Translations under genes and position numbers: made by a program | The notes under the pieces: generated by a model | Seen by the model: only the letters and a program-made list of their open reading frames with translations | Databases searched by the model: none | What the model was told of the DNA's origin: nothing | Shown: one piece after another, positions 18,867-31,491 of the stretch | Layout: each line of letters begins with the position of its first letter | How positions within the stretch are numbered: position 1 is the stretch's first letter | Origin: an uncultured Candidatus Saccharibacteria bacterium | Lineage (GTDB): Bacteria > Patescibacteriota > Minisyncoccia > Phycocordibacterales > Phycocordibacteraceae | Direction: 5' to 3' | Length of the DNA stretch: 64,000 nucleotides | NCBI GenBank assembly: GCA_964391975.1 | Contig: CAYMNZ010000001.1 | Coordinates: forward strand, 262,978-326,977

Positions 18867-19313
18867 ATGGACGCGCTCTTCGAGGCATTCGGCATAGACT
18901 GGAAACTCCTCATCGCTCAGGCGGTGAACTTCGGAGTGCTCTTTGTGGCACTCTGGTTCCTTCTCTACAAGCCGGTAATGAAAACCCTTGATGAGCGTGC
19001 CAAGAAAATTGCACAGGGAGTTGATGACGCTGAGCGAGCTTCTGAGAAGCTTGCTGGCGCTGATGTCGCTGCAGCAAAGGTAGTCGCAGAAGCAGATGCT
19101 AAGGGCGCAGAAGCGCTTGCCTCTGCACGTGAAGCTGCTGCAACAGAGCGAGCACGCCTTGTGAAAGACGCTGAAGCTCGCGCTGAAGCAATCTCAAAGG
19201 ATGCAGATGCTCGTGCGAAGGAGGTCGCTGCTAAGGCACTTAAGGAGAGTGAGAAGGAAATTGCACGCCTTGCAGTTCTTGCGGCCGCGAAGGTGGTGGG
19301 AGAGCGCAACTAA
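18867..19313 (+). CDS. atpF: ATP synthase Fo subunit b
   Basis: Q.VNF.VL, YKP....LDER, Ala-rich helix. Confidence 0.93.
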   Translation: MDALFEAFGIDWKLLIAQAVNFGVLFVALWFLLYKPVMKTLDERAKKIAQGVDDAERASEKLAGADVAAAKVVAEADAKGAEALASAREAAATERARLVKDAEARAEAISKDADARAKEVAAKALKESEKEIARLAVLAAAKVVGERN

Positions 19314-19315
19314 CT

Positions 19316-19684
19316 ATGGAGAACGTCTACGCAACCGTCGTCACTCGCCTTCTTGCTTCTGGCAAGAAAGAGGATGAGGTTGTGAAGAATCTCCTTGCGC
19401 ACCTCAAAGAGAAGGGGCGCCTGAAGCTCCTTCCAGCAATTCTTCGAGCCCTTAAGTTAGAAGAGGAGCGTGGTCAAACACTTGGAGCCACGGTAGAAGT
19501 TGCTCGCGAAGAGGACGCCAAGGCTGCACTTGCTGAAGCAAAGACACTCGGCATTGATGCAGAGACAGCGGTTGTGAATCCCATCCTCCTTTCTGGATGG
19601 CGTGCACGAAAGGAAGGGGTGCTGGTGGATAGAAGCGGGAAGCGCGCGCTAACCGACATCTACCGCGCCGCAGTGAAAGCGTAA
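19316..19684 (+). CDS. atpH: ATP synthase subunit delta (short, divergent)
   Basis: Position between atpF and atpA; VNPILLSG....G.LVDRS. Confidence 0.8.
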   Translation: MENVYATVVTRLLASGKKEDEVVKNLLAHLKEKGRLKLLPAILRALKLEEERGQTLGATVEVAREEDAKAALAEAKTLGIDAETAVVNPILLSGWRARKEGVLVDRSGKRALTDIYRAAVKA

Positions 19685-19710
19685 CTTTATTACTTACTTT
19701 AGAAGAACGT

Positions 19711-21261
19711 ATGCAGAGCATCATAAAGAAAATCGAGAAGGAGATTGCTGACTTCGCACCAAGCACTGGTGCGGAAGAGTCCGGCATCGTTCGCGCCACC
19801 GGTGACGGTATCGCGGAGATTGATGGCCTCGACAAGGCAATCATGACTGAAATGGTGCTCTTCGACCCTACGTTCGATCGTACGCTTGAGGAAGCGCTCA
19901 AGGACTCTGACCCAATCTACGGACTGGTGCTGAACCTTGAAGAGGATGGGGTGCGCGCCGCCATTCTTGGAGATGCTTCAAAAGTGTACGAAGGCATGCT
20001 CGTTCGTCGTCTTGGTCGCCTCCTCTCCATCCCGGTAGGCGATTCGCTTGTTGGACGCGTGGTGAACCCACTTGGTGAGCCTGTTGATGGCAAGGGCCCA
20101 ACGGGCGCTACCAAGTTCACGCCGATTGAGCGCGAAGCGTATGGTGTGATTGATCGTGCTCCGGTGAACGTTCCACTTCACACGGGTATCAAGGCAATTG
20201 ATGCCATGGTGCCAATTGGTCGTGGTCAGCGCGAGCTCATCATTGGTGACCGCGGCGTTGGAAAGACCACCGTTGCTATCGACACCATTCTCAACCAGAA
20301 GTCTGAGGACCCTGCAACGCGTCCTATTTGTATCTACGTTGCCATCGGTCAGAAGGAATCCAAGACTGCAAAGATTGTTGCTGAGCTCGAAGAGGCAGGA
20401 GCAATGGAGTACACGATTGTCGTCACGGCTCCAGCATCAAGTCCTGCAGCACTCCAGTTCCTTGCACCGTTCTCAGGGGCAGCAATTGGTGAGCACTTCA
20501 TGGATGCTGGCAAGGATGCGCTCGTGATTTACGACGACCTTTCCAAGCAGGCAGTGGCGTATCGCCAGATGTCGCTTCTTCTTCGCCGTCCTCCGGGCCG
20601 CGAGGCATACCCAGGAGACGTCTTCTACCTGCACTCTCGTCTTCTTGAGCGTGCGGCAAAGCTTTCCAAGGAAAAGGGAGGTGGCTCATTGACCGCGCTT
20701 CCTATCATTGAGACACAGGAAGGCGATATCTCGGCCTACATTCCAACGAACGTGATTTCGATTACGGACGGTCAGATTTTCCTTCTCACCGATCTCTTCA
20801 ACAAGGGTATGCGTCCTGCTATCGACAGCGGTAACTCCGTATCGCGCGTGGGTTCTGCCGCACAGACCAAGGCTATGAAGAAGGTGTCTGGAAAGATTAA
20901 GCTGGAGCTCGCGCAGTTCCGTGAACTTGAAGCCTTCATGCAGTTCTCTTCTGACCTTGATGAGAACACCAAGAAGCAGATTGACGGTGGGCGCCGCCTC
21001 ACTGAGGTGCTCAAGCAGACCAACGGCAAGCCACTTCCGTTCGAGATGGAATCAGCCGTTATCTTTGCTGCGGTGAACGGCTACTTCGACACGTTCTCGC
21101 CAGACGACACGAGTGCACTTGAGCGCAAGCTCCAGGACTACCTCACCCGCGAAGGCAAGGATGTGCTCTCGGGTATTCGTGAGAAGCGTGAGATTACCGA
21201 AGACATCGAGAGCAAGCTCCGTTCGCTTCTTGATACCTTTGTTGCAACTGCGAAGGCATAA
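19711..21261 (+). CDS. atpA: ATP synthase F1 alpha
   Basis: [40 protein letters not shown]. Confidence 0.98.
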   Translation: MQSIIKKIEKEIADFAPSTGAEESGIVRATGDGIAEIDGLDKAIMTEMVLFDPTFDRTLEEALKDSDPIYGLVLNLEEDGVRAAILGDASKVYEGMLVRRLGRLLSIPVGDSLVGRVVNPLGEPVDGKGPTGATKFTPIEREAYGVIDRAPVNVPLHTGIKAIDAMVPIGRGQRELIIGDRGVGKTTVAIDTILNQKSEDPATRPICIYVAIGQKESKTAKIVAELEEAGAMEYTIVVTAPASSPAALQFLAPFSGAAIGEHFMDAGKDALVIYDDLSKQAVAYRQMSLLLRRPPGREAYPGDVFYLHSRLLERAAKLSKEKGGGSLTALPIIETQEGDISAYIPTNVISITDGQIFLLTDLFNKGMRPAIDSGNSVSRVGSAAQTKAMKKVSGKIKLELAQFRELEAFMQFSSDLDENTKKQIDGGRRLTEVLKQTNGKPLPFEMESAVIFAAVNGYFDTFSPDDTSALERKLQDYLTREGKDVLSGIREKREITEDIESKLRSLLDTFVATAKA

Positions 21262-21269
21262 CAATCTTC

Positions 21270-22178
21270 ATGGCTCTTAAGGACATCAAAGCAAAGATAG
21301 GGGCGACCAAGCGCATGCACACGGTGACCCGTGCCATGGAGGCCGTCTCTGCCGTAAAGATGCGCAAGACGCAGGCGACCGCTCTCTCTGGTCGTCCGTA
21401 TGCTCGCGCAGCACTTTCAATCCTTGGACGTCTTTCAGGAGCCGAGGACATCAGGCGCCACCCGCTTGCTAACGAGCGCCCTGTGAACAAAATGGCGCTT
21501 GTGGTGCTTACCTCTGACAAGGGACTTGCTGGTGCGCTCAACAGCGGCGTTATAAAGCTTGCAGCCCTTGAGGCCAACAAGTACCCGAAGGAGAGCATCT
21601 CAGTTATTGCGTACGGAAAGAAAGGTGAGGAGTACTTCGCACGTCGTGGCTACAACGTGGTGAAGGCAGTTGAGAACAAGCGCGACGACGTCCCACTGTC
21701 GGTCATGGAAGAAATTTCCCGCGAGCTCTCAACTGGCTTCCTTCGCCAGGATTACGACAAAGTGGTAGCGGTCTACAGCAACTTCAAATCTACCTTTGAG
21801 CAGGTGCCCACAGCTCACACACTCTTGCCGCTTACGCTTCCTTCTATTGCAGAGCTTGTCCGCAAAATTAAGCCCGCAAAAGGAAAGTGGAGCAATGATG
21901 TTGAGCTGGCGGCTCCTTCTTCCTACATGGTGGAGTCCAGTGGCGACGAAATCATGCACGTTCTTGTGCCACGTCTTGTTGCGGTCTCGCTCTACTACAT
22001 GCTTCTTGAGTCAAAGGCCTCCGAACACTCCGCCCGCATGGTCGCTATGAAGAGCGCCTCTGACAAATCGAAGGAGGTGGCTCGTGACCTGACACGCCTC
22101 TTTAACAAGGTGCGTCAGGCGGCCATCACGCGAGAGGTGTCGGAGATTGTGGGCGGCAGGGAGGCCTTAGCAACGTAA
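21270..22178 (+). CDS. atpG: ATP synthase F1 gamma
   Basis: TRAMEAVSAVKM, SDKGLAG, ASEHSARMVAM, RQAAITREVSEI. Confidence 0.97.
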   Translation: MALKDIKAKIGATKRMHTVTRAMEAVSAVKMRKTQATALSGRPYARAALSILGRLSGAEDIRRHPLANERPVNKMALVVLTSDKGLAGALNSGVIKLAALEANKYPKESISVIAYGKKGEEYFARRGYNVVKAVENKRDDVPLSVMEEISRELSTGFLRQDYDKVVAVYSNFKSTFEQVPTAHTLLPLTLPSIAELVRKIKPAKGKWSNDVELAAPSSYMVESSGDEIMHVLVPRLVAVSLYYMLLESKASEHSARMVAMKSASDKSKEVARDLTRLFNKVRQAAITREVSEIVGGREALAT

Positions 22179-22180
22179 TT

Positions 22181-23954
<1,774 letters not shown>

Positions 23955-23955
<1 letters not shown>

Positions 23956-24203
23956 TGGCTAAGACCTTTCATCTCACTGTTGCGCGTATCGGAGAGAACC
24001 TCTTCGATGGTGAGGCGGTATCCGTTTCTCTTCCAGGAGTGGAGGGTGTCTTCGTCGTCCTTGCCGGGCACGAAGCATTCGTTACAGAGTTAAAGGAAGG
24101 GGAGGCAAAGATTGAAGCCGCTGATGGAACCAGACACCATGTGCCGATACACCAAGGTGGAGTCGCGGAAGTGTCGGGAGGGCAGGCAACAGTGCTTCTG
24201 TAA
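23955..24203 (+). CDS. atpC: ATP synthase epsilon (beta-sandwich only)
   Basis: LPGVEG.F.VLAGH, GGVAEV; ends before the helical domain. Confidence 0.88.
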
Positions 24204-24250
24204 TCCACAGATACGCTTGCGATTACCACTCTACGTGTCATGCTTAAAGT

Positions 24251-24670
24251 ATGAGTGAAGACGTTCCCTTCCACGTGCAGATGCCACACCGCCCTCCGCG
24301 GCACTACTACGGCGATATCGTTCGCATTCTCTTCGTCGTTGCCGCAGTGATTCTCTTTGCGATGCAATTCACGGGCATTCGCCTGCCGTTTTCGGCTTTC
24401 GGTTCTATCATGATGATTATCGTGCTCGTGATTGCTGCCGGACTTACTAATCCTGTGCAGACCTGGATTCACTGGACCAATATCTTTATAGCGGGCTTCT
24501 GCCTTCTTCTTTTCGGAGGATTAGCATTGTCCCGTTTCCAGACACAGGCAGCTTTGTTCCCGGACGGTATCCTCATTGGTGTGCTCGCGATGATGTTTTT
24601 GGTTGCACTCTATTCGGCTGTAAAGACACTTCGTGGCATTCTCATGCGTGACGCGCCTGAGATTCGTTAA
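24251..24670 (+). CDS. hypothetical 4-TM membrane protein
   Basis: Four hydrophobic segments. Confidence 0.7.
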   Translation: MSEDVPFHVQMPHRPPRHYYGDIVRILFVVAAVILFAMQFTGIRLPFSAFGSIMMIIVLVIAAGLTNPVQTWIHWTNIFIAGFCLLLFGGLALSRFQTQAALFPDGILIGVLAMMFLVALYSAVKTLRGILMRDAPEIR

Positions 24671-24715
24671 GGTAACGCCCCTACGGGCGCTTTTCGTATA
24701 TGGTAGAATCCCTGG

Positions 24716-24943
24716 ATGAGTATTCAGGGATTTTTGCTTCGCCAAGTTGCGAAGATGAAAATGAAGAATGTGCCGGCTGGGCAGCGGGACCAGATTATTG
24801 GATTCCTTGAAAAGGACCCGGAGCTGATGAAGAAGATTGGGGATGAGATTGACCGCAGAGTTAAGAAAGGAGGAGAGAATCAGATGAAAGCCTCGATGGA
24901 GGTTATGAAGAAATATCGTAAGGAGTTGAGTCAGCTCATGTAA
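24716..24943 (+). CDS. small hypothetical protein
   Basis: 75 aa; TAGAAT 6 nt upstream. Confidence 0.65.
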   Translation: MSIQGFLLRQVAKMKMKNVPAGQRDQIIGFLEKDPELMKKIGDEIDRRVKKGGENQMKASMEVMKKYRKELSQLM

Positions 24944-24945
24944 CC

Positions 24946-25467
24946 ATGCTGCCGCTTACTGCAGAGGGACTACTCATGATTCACGCGCTTGGCGCCGCGC
25001 TCGGTGCTGCGGGAGTGACCTTTGCCGAGTTGTTCTACACGCAGGCGGTCGTTGATGGAAAGATTGATACCTGCGAGAAAAAACACATCGAGCACACGCT
25101 CTGGGCACTACAGTGGGGTGTTTCAATCATGGTGCTTGCAGGCATTGGCCTCATCATTGTTGAGTATTTCCTTCCGTACTCTGAGCAAACTGTGCTTACT
25201 GCGCCGTTCTGGATGATTCACACACTTACCGTTGTGGTCATTGTGTTTGGTTTCCTAATCTCCCGCAATCTAGTGCCGTGGTGGCTTGGTTCCGCTGCTG
25301 CATTCTCTGCGTGGTGGATGATGCTTGCGCTTCATGCCTGGAGGACGATTCCCCTAGGATACCTTGCGCTCTGGCTTGCCTACGTGCTTGTTACCGCTGC
25401 TGCAATCTGCATTTTCCCGTACATCCGCTCCTTCCTTATTGACCGAGAGAAGCGTTCTCGCACATGA
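24946..25467 (+). CDS. hypothetical membrane protein
   Basis: About 5 TM segments; coupled to neighbouring genes. Confidence 0.7.
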   Translation: MLPLTAEGLLMIHALGAALGAAGVTFAELFYTQAVVDGKIDTCEKKHIEHTLWALQWGVSIMVLAGIGLIIVEYFLPYSEQTVLTAPFWMIHTLTVVVIVFGFLISRNLVPWWLGSAAAFSAWWMMLALHAWRTIPLGYLALWLAYVLVTAAAICIFPYIRSFLIDREKRSRT

Positions 25468-26051
25468 AAAAGATTCTCGTCTTGCTCGGACATCCGAACA
25501 CGGACACGCTTTCGGGGCATCTTGCGAGTGTCTATGCTGAGGCCGCTACGCTTGCCGGGCACGAGGTACGACGCGTGAATCTCGGAGAACTTTCTTTCGA
25601 CCCTATTTTGCACAAAGGATATCGAGAGATACAGCCACTCGAACCGGATTTGCTTGCGCTCCAGGAGGATTTTAAATGGTGTGACCATCTGATGCTGGTG
25701 TATCCAATCTGGTGGCTCTCAGCTCCTGCGCTTCTGAAGGGTCTCATTGATCGTTTGTGGCTTCCGGGTTTTGCGTTCCGTTATCACAAGAGCAAGAGCG
25801 GAAAACGACGATTGGGCTGGGACCAGTTACTTAAGGGCCGTACCGCACGGATGGTCGTGCTTATTCAAGCTTCGCCAATTCTCGAGTACCTTGCATTTGG
25901 TGATTTCACTAACGAAATGGCGCACGGAACACTCGGGTTTGCGGGTATCAAGACGCACGTTTCTAAGGTAGGACATAGTGAGACCTTGAGCCCCAAGGCG
26001 CTAGGTAAGTGGGAAGAGAAGATGCGGAAACTCGGTGCAAGGGCGAAATAA
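25464..26051 (+). CDS. NAD(P)H-dependent oxidoreductase, flavodoxin-like (quinone reductase) fold
   Basis: GHP...S, LEPDL, YPIWW.SAPALLKGLIDR...PGFAF. Confidence 0.88.
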   Translation: MKKILVLLGHPNTDTLSGHLASVYAEAATLAGHEVRRVNLGELSFDPILHKGYREIQPLEPDLLALQEDFKWCDHLMLVYPIWWLSAPALLKGLIDRLWLPGFAFRYHKSKSGKRRLGWDQLLKGRTARMVVLIQASPILEYLAFGDFTNEMAHGTLGFAGIKTHVSKVGHSETLSPKALGKWEEKMRKLGARAK

Positions 26052-26053
26052 CT

Positions 26054-26082
26054 TTGCGTTTCCTCCTCCTTTCCGTTAGGGT
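26054..26082 (+). promoter_or_regulatory. putative leaderless promoter of ychF
   Basis: TTGCGT-17 nt-TAGGGT, ATG 6 nt later. Confidence 0.5.
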
Positions 26083-26088
26083 AGCCAG

Positions 26089-27186
26089 ATGCTAAAGATT
26101 GGAATCGTCGGACTCCCGAACGTCGGGAAGTCCACTCTGTTTAATGCGCTCACCAAGGCGGCAGTTCCTGCTGAGAACTACCCATTCTGTACGATTGACC
26201 CATCGGTAGGAGTTGTGGGTGTTCCTGATGCTCGCCTTGATCAACTTGCTCTGCTCTCGGGCTCTGAGAAAACGATTCCCGCAGCCATTGAGTTTGTGGA
26301 CATTGCAGGCCTCGTAAAGGGAGCATCCGAAGGGGAAGGGCTTGGCAACCAGTTCCTTTCCCATATCCGGGAGGTAGACGCCATCCTCCAAATGGTGCGG
26401 TTCTTTGAAGACGCAGATATTACTCACGTACACGGAGAGATTGACCCTGTGCGTGACATTGAGGTGATAAACCTCGAACTCACCCTTGCTGACCGTGATG
26501 GCGTTGCAAAGCGCCGCGAGAAGCTGATTCGTGATATTCGTGCAGGCCTTAAGGAGGCTCAGGCAGAGGATGCAGTACTCGCTAAGGTTGAACAGGCGCT
26601 TGAAATGGGCAAGCTTGCCAAGAGTGTTGCGCTCACCGAAGAAGAGGCAAAGCTGGTGAAGCACCTCAACCTTCTGACCTTGAAACCCATTCTCTATGCT
26701 TTTAACGGAAAGGCTGGAGGACACAACATTGCAGAGACTGGCGACGGGCGTGCCGCAAAAGCATACGAACTCGTTGAAAATCTTGGCAGCACCTTTGTGC
26801 ACGTGGACGCACGCACTGAGCATGAGCTCAATGATGTTGCCACAGGGGACAAGGACATGTTCCGTCAGGAACTTGGGGTACAGGTGGACGGTCTTGTTGA
26901 CCTTATTCGCAAGGCGTACGAAACTCTTGGGCTCATTACCTTCTTCACCACAGGCCCCAAGGAATCTCGCGCGTGGACGGTTGAAGAGGGTGCTACCGCA
27001 CCTGAAGCCGGCGCTGCTATTCACAACGACTTTAAAGACAAGTTTATTCGTGCAGAGGTTGTGGGATGGGACACACTGCTCGCTGATGGTTCCTGGAGCG
27101 CCTCCCGTGATAAAGGAAATCTTCGGACCGAAGGGAAGACCTACGTGGTTAAGGACGGAGACGTAATGGTGTTTCTCCACTCTTAG
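26089..27186 (+). CDS. ychF: Obg-family ATPase YchF
   Basis: [40 protein letters not shown] domain. Confidence 0.97.
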   Translation: MLKIGIVGLPNVGKSTLFNALTKAAVPAENYPFCTIDPSVGVVGVPDARLDQLALLSGSEKTIPAAIEFVDIAGLVKGASEGEGLGNQFLSHIREVDAILQMVRFFEDADITHVHGEIDPVRDIEVINLELTLADRDGVAKRREKLIRDIRAGLKEAQAEDAVLAKVEQALEMGKLAKSVALTEEEAKLVKHLNLLTLKPILYAFNGKAGGHNIAETGDGRAAKAYELVENLGSTFVHVDARTEHELNDVATGDKDMFRQELGVQVDGLVDLIRKAYETLGLITFFTTGPKESRAWTVEEGATAPEAGAAIHNDFKDKFIRAEVVGWDTLLADGSWSASRDKGNLRTEGKTYVVKDGDVMVFLHS

Positions 27187-27207
27187 CTCGGTGCTAGACT
27201 TTCACTT

Positions 27208-28422
27208 ATGAGAGACCGCGATCCACTTGAGGCAATCAGGCGGCGTATTGCAGCTGATCCTAAGCTTGCCGAAGAGGTTGCGCTTGAGAAGAAGCGAATG
27301 GAGCGCAGACAACTTCTTAAGTTCGGGGGCAGCGCAGCACTTATCGGCGCGGTGGGAACTGTGTTTGGCTTGAAGGCCGGTAACACTTGGAGGACGGGCT
27401 TCGGCTTTGTCGAAGCTGCACGAGCAGAATCAGCTCCGCGAGTTCCTTCGGAGCACTTTGAGCGTGCCAAGTCTTCCTTCAAGAAGGTGTACGGTTCTAT
27501 GGGTGCCGATCAGATTCTTTTCATTGACCATTTTGCTGCTCCTATTGGTCGAGAACGAACAGCTCCGCTCGTTGATGACCCAGAGAATCCAGGCAAAAGA
27601 CGTATTGACCAAACGTGGCTCAATGCAGAGCGGCAAAGGATTTGTGATGGGTGGCAACCCGTCTGCAATCCAGCAGAGGAGCTTCCGCGCCAAGTAAATG
27701 TAATTGGACACCTAGGTGGCCGCCCTGAAGGTACAACGTTCGTTGACATACTTGCAGACGCAGACCATGGAGGAAAAGAGTACGAGGGTACAACCCGCAT
27801 CAAATATGTTGCAGAAAACATAGGCATTCATGTTTCGATTGAAAATGGAGCCGTGCTGGATGAAGTTTGCCGTCTTATCCCTGCGCTCATTGGTCAGGAA
27901 TCATCGTATCGAGATGATGTTACCTCTGAGGCAGGGGCGCTCTCTTCAGTTCAGGGAATGCCAGAAACCATTGCAGACCTTGGGTACACCACTGAAGAGT
28001 TAAAGGATTTTAAAAAACAAATTGAATTTGTGGGAGCCGCCTTCTCGCAGAACTACAGTGCAATTACGAGAGTTGCGCGTCAGGAACTGAGCGATATTAA
28101 GAAGGAATTTTTCCCAGATGGTGAAGGCGCCGGGACGTTCGATCAAGATTTCCTTGCACCAGTAGTACTCAACGCTTACAACGCTGGTTCAGGGACCATG
28201 GTTGCCGTGCTGCGCTGGTTCCGCCAGAAGTACCCAGATCGTGCTGCCTATGTAAGAGCACACGGGCCACAACCTGTTGCTTTCGGTCGAGACCTCTTCC
28301 TTCGAATGACGCAGGAAGCATACTTTGATGCGGCAGTTGAGCTGTATGGCGAGCAATCCTGTCTTTACTGGATTGGTATTGAGGGACTTGCTGCTGAGAT
28401 GCAGGAACGGAATCTGTATTAG
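27208..28422 (+). CDS. putative lytic transglycosylase (SLT-like) with N-terminal RR + hydrophobic anchor
   Basis: QESS...SEAGA..VQGMPET and AYNAG motifs; ERRQLLK + hydrophobic stretch. Confidence 0.72.
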   Translation: MRDRDPLEAIRRRIAADPKLAEEVALEKKRMERRQLLKFGGSAALIGAVGTVFGLKAGNTWRTGFGFVEAARAESAPRVPSEHFERAKSSFKKVYGSMGADQILFIDHFAAPIGRERTAPLVDDPENPGKRRIDQTWLNAERQRICDGWQPVCNPAEELPRQVNVIGHLGGRPEGTTFVDILADADHGGKEYEGTTRIKYVAENIGIHVSIENGAVLDEVCRLIPALIGQESSYRDDVTSEAGALSSVQGMPETIADLGYTTEELKDFKKQIEFVGAAFSQNYSAITRVARQELSDIKKEFFPDGEGAGTFDQDFLAPVVLNAYNAGSGTMVAVLRWFRQKYPDRAAYVRAHGPQPVAFGRDLFLRMTQEAYFDAAVELYGEQSCLYWIGIEGLAAEMQERNLY

Positions 28423-28445
28423 GGGTTCTGCTATACTTTCCAGAT

Positions 28446-28979
28446 ATGACACAGAACCACCCTAAATTTGTCCGCTGGGCCGTGATGCTTGGAATCGTTA
28501 TTGCCCTCAACCTCTTCTTCTTTGCGGCGCGTGCGCTCATCCTCCCCGAGCCAAACTATGAGGACTACTGCCCAGTCAATCTGCAGCCGGCAGCAAGTGA
28601 GCAGGCGTGTGTTGCTCAAGATGGTGTTTGGGTCGCCACTCCTGACAACGCACAGGTCACTGCGGTCGTGAAGCCAAGCCCTGAAGGGTACTGTGACCTC
28701 TACCAAAAGTGCCAGCCGCTCTATGACGAGGCGCAGAAGGAGTATCAGATGTATGCGTTTGCCATCATGCTCGGGCTCGGCATTATCTCCATCATTGTTG
28801 GAGTGCTTCCAATCGGCTCCTCTATTGTCTCAACAGGTCTCTCCTATGGAGGTGTGCTTGCGCTTATCATCGCTGCCTTCGGGTACTGGGGGGAGGCAGG
28901 AAACCTACTCCGTCTCCTTATGTCAGTGATTGCTCTTGGCGCTCTCCTCTACATCGGCATCAAGCGCTTCAGAGACTAG
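28446..28979 (+). CDS. hypothetical membrane protein with Cys-containing external loop
   Basis: 4 TM segments, 4 Cys in the loop; TATACT upstream. Confidence 0.7.
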   Translation: MTQNHPKFVRWAVMLGIVIALNLFFFAARALILPEPNYEDYCPVNLQPAASEQACVAQDGVWVATPDNAQVTAVVKPSPEGYCDLYQKCQPLYDEAQKEYQMYAFAIMLGLGIISIIVGVLPIGSSIVSTGLSYGGVLALIIAAFGYWGEAGNLLRLLMSVIALGALLYIGIKRFRD

Positions 28980-29003
28980 TGGTACAGGGAGTGCGTATCA
29001 ATT

Positions 29004-31439
29004 ATGGCTAAGCCTACTTACGACCACGCTCAGATAGAGAAGTCCGCCCAAACTAAGTGGGCGGAAGCCAACCTGTTTGCAGCAGACGCGACAGAGTCGG
29101 GGAAAGACCCGTACTACCTGCTCTTTGAGTTCCCGTATCCCTCCGGTGACATCCACATTGGGCACTGGTACGCCTTCGCGCTTACTGACATCTATGCGCG
29201 CTACCTCAGGATGAAAGGAAAGAATGTGCTCTTCCCAATAGGCTTCGATGCATTCGGGCTTCCGGCAGAGAATGCTGCCATTCGCAATGGGGTGGACCCA
29301 CGTGATTGGACCTACGCCAACATGGAGCGCATGCGAGAGCAAATTAAGAGCATGGGCACGTCTGTTGATTGGGAGCGCGAGGTTATTACCTGTGAGCCCA
29401 GTTACTACAAGTGGACGCAGTGGCTTTTCGGGAAACTCTACGAACACAAGCTTGCTGAACGAAAGGAAGCGCCGGTGAAATGGTGTCCTAAAGACCAGAC
29501 CGTGCTTGCCAATGAGCAAGTCGTTGATGGTAAGTGTGAGCGCTGTGGGACCGATGTGGAGGAACGCAGACTTACCCAGTGGTTCTTTAAGATTACTGAA
29601 TACGCAGAGCGTCTCCTCAACGACCTGGACGCACTTCCATGGCGCGAGGATATCAAGGATGCGCAGCGTGCGTGGATAGGGAAGTCTGAAGGAGCAAAGG
29701 TGTACTTCCCCCTTACGTTTGTACGAAATCCTGAGCACAACGATAAGCGTGATAATGAGGGTAACCCTGCGCGAGTTCCCGTTTTTACCACGCGACCTGA
29801 CACGCTCTTTGGAGCAACGTACCTCGTTCTTGCGCCTGACCATCAATGGGTGACCCTTGCCACCGATGACGCTCATGATGTTGTGGGTAACAAGCAGGAG
29901 GTAAAAGACTATGTTGAGGCGACTCGTAAGAAAACTGAACGGGAACGTTCAGAAAACAAAGACAAGACGGGCGTGAAGATTGAAGGAGTTGTTGCGATTA
30001 ATCCTGCCACTGGAGAGGAAATTCCTATGTACGTGGCTGACTACGTGCTCGCTTCCTATGGTACGGGAGCGGTGATGGCTGTTCCAGCGCATGACGAACG
30101 CGACTTCGAGTTTGCCACCAAATACAGTCTTCCCATAAAAACAGTCATCGAAGGCGGTGTTCCTGGCTCCTTGTTTACCGACGGAGGAACGTTACTCGAC
30201 TCAGGAGAGTTTACAGGAATGGATAACGAGGAAGCGAAAGCAAAGATTACTGAAAAGGTGAATGGTGAGATGGTAACTAATTACCGTATCCGTGACTGGC
30301 TTATCTCCCGACAGCGCTACTGGGGGTGTCCAATTCCAGTGGTGTACGACCCTGAGGGCGTCGCCCATTTAATCCCAGAAGAGCACCTGCCGTGGCTTCT
30401 GCCTACCGATGTTGACTTCAACTCAGGGGACAAAGCACCGCTCGCTTCGTCTACAGAGTTAAAGGAACGTGTCGAGAAGCTCTTTGGTCCTGGATGGACG
30501 CCGGAGTTAGATACGCTTGATACCTTTGTCGACTCATCGTGGTACTACCTTCGCTACCTCACTCCAAAGGACGAGAACAAGTTTTCTGATGCTGCACTCA
30601 TGGAGAAGTGGCTCCCCGTTGATCGCTACTCCGGCGGGAGCGAGCACACCACCATGCATCTTCTCTATGCACGCTTCTTTCACAAGGCGCTCTACGACCT
30701 TGCCTTGGTGCCGACTCCGGAGCCATTTAATGAACGTTTCAATCGCGGCATTATTTTGGGACCTGACGGAGCAAAGATGTCGAAGTCAAAAGGAAACGTG
30801 GTTAACCCCGATGAGTTTGTTGGGAAGTATGGGGCTGATGCGGTACGCATGTACCTTGCTTTCATAGGCCCTTACAACGAGCCGGGGCACTACCCTTGGA
30901 ACCTCGATGGGGTTGAGTCTATGCGTCGCTTCCTCGATCGTGTGAACCTTCTTACCGAGAAGTTCTCTGACGACGAGCCGCCTGCAGAGTGGACCCGCGC
31001 CTTTAGCAAATCAGCTAAAAAGGTCGCTGAGGATACTGAGCGCTTTAAGTTCAATACGGCCATCTCCTTCCTTATGACAGCGCTACGTGACCTGGAGAGT
31101 CTCCCTGAAGTACCCAAGAGTGCCTTCCAGGAGTATCTAAAGCTCCTTGCTCCCTTCGCTCCACACCTCTCAGAACACCTCTGGGAGCTCTCAGGAGGGG
31201 AAGGGAGTGTGCATTCCGCCTCTTGGCCTGAGACCATCGACGTTGTAGAGGATACGGCTACGGTGGTGGTGCAGGTGAATGGCAAACGGCGAGGTGAATT
31301 GGAACTTTCTCTCGTGATTTCCCAGGAAGAGGCGGTACGATTGGCTATGGAACTTGCTCCGGTGGCGAGCGCTCTTGAAGGGAAGGCAACCAAAAGGGTC
31401 ATCTACGTTCCTGGAAAGATACTCAACCTGGTCGTATAG
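29004..31439 (+). CDS. leuS: leucine--tRNA ligase
   Basis: PYPSG.IHIGH, FTTRPDT, GTGAVMAVPAHD, KMSKS, VQVNGK. Confidence 0.97.
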   Translation: MAKPTYDHAQIEKSAQTKWAEANLFAADATESGKDPYYLLFEFPYPSGDIHIGHWYAFALTDIYARYLRMKGKNVLFPIGFDAFGLPAENAAIRNGVDPRDWTYANMERMREQIKSMGTSVDWEREVITCEPSYYKWTQWLFGKLYEHKLAERKEAPVKWCPKDQTVLANEQVVDGKCERCGTDVEERRLTQWFFKITEYAERLLNDLDALPWREDIKDAQRAWIGKSEGAKVYFPLTFVRNPEHNDKRDNEGNPARVPVFTTRPDTLFGATYLVLAPDHQWVTLATDDAHDVVGNKQEVKDYVEATRKKTERERSENKDKTGVKIEGVVAINPATGEEIPMYVADYVLASYGTGAVMAVPAHDERDFEFATKYSLPIKTVIEGGVPGSLFTDGGTLLDSGEFTGMDNEEAKAKITEKVNGEMVTNYRIRDWLISRQRYWGCPIPVVYDPEGVAHLIPEEHLPWLLPTDVDFNSGDKAPLASSTELKERVEKLFGPGWTPELDTLDTFVDSSWYYLRYLTPKDENKFSDAALMEKWLPVDRYSGGSEHTTMHLLYARFFHKALYDLALVPTPEPFNERFNRGIILGPDGAKMSKSKGNVVNPDEFVGKYGADAVRMYLAFIGPYNEPGHYPWNLDGVESMRRFLDRVNLLTEKFSDDEPPAEWTRAFSKSAKKVAEDTERFKFNTAISFLMTALRDLESLPEVPKSAFQEYLKLLAPFAPHLSEHLWELSGGEGSVHSASWPETIDVVEDTATVVVQVNGKRRGELELSLVISQEEAVRLAMELAPVASALEGKATKRVIYVPGKILNLVV

Positions 31440-31448
31440 GGCCTAGAC

Positions 31449-31477
31449 TTGCGCTCTTTGGCGCTTCGTGGTATAAA
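31449..31477 (+). promoter_or_regulatory. sigma70-type promoter
   Basis: TTGCGC-17 nt-TATAAA with extended TG. Confidence 0.6.
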
Positions 31478-31491
31478 TTAGAACACAAAAC

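Noticed and set aside
26092-27180. 362-aa antisense ORF
   Set aside because: Exact shadow of ychF with no recognisable motifs.
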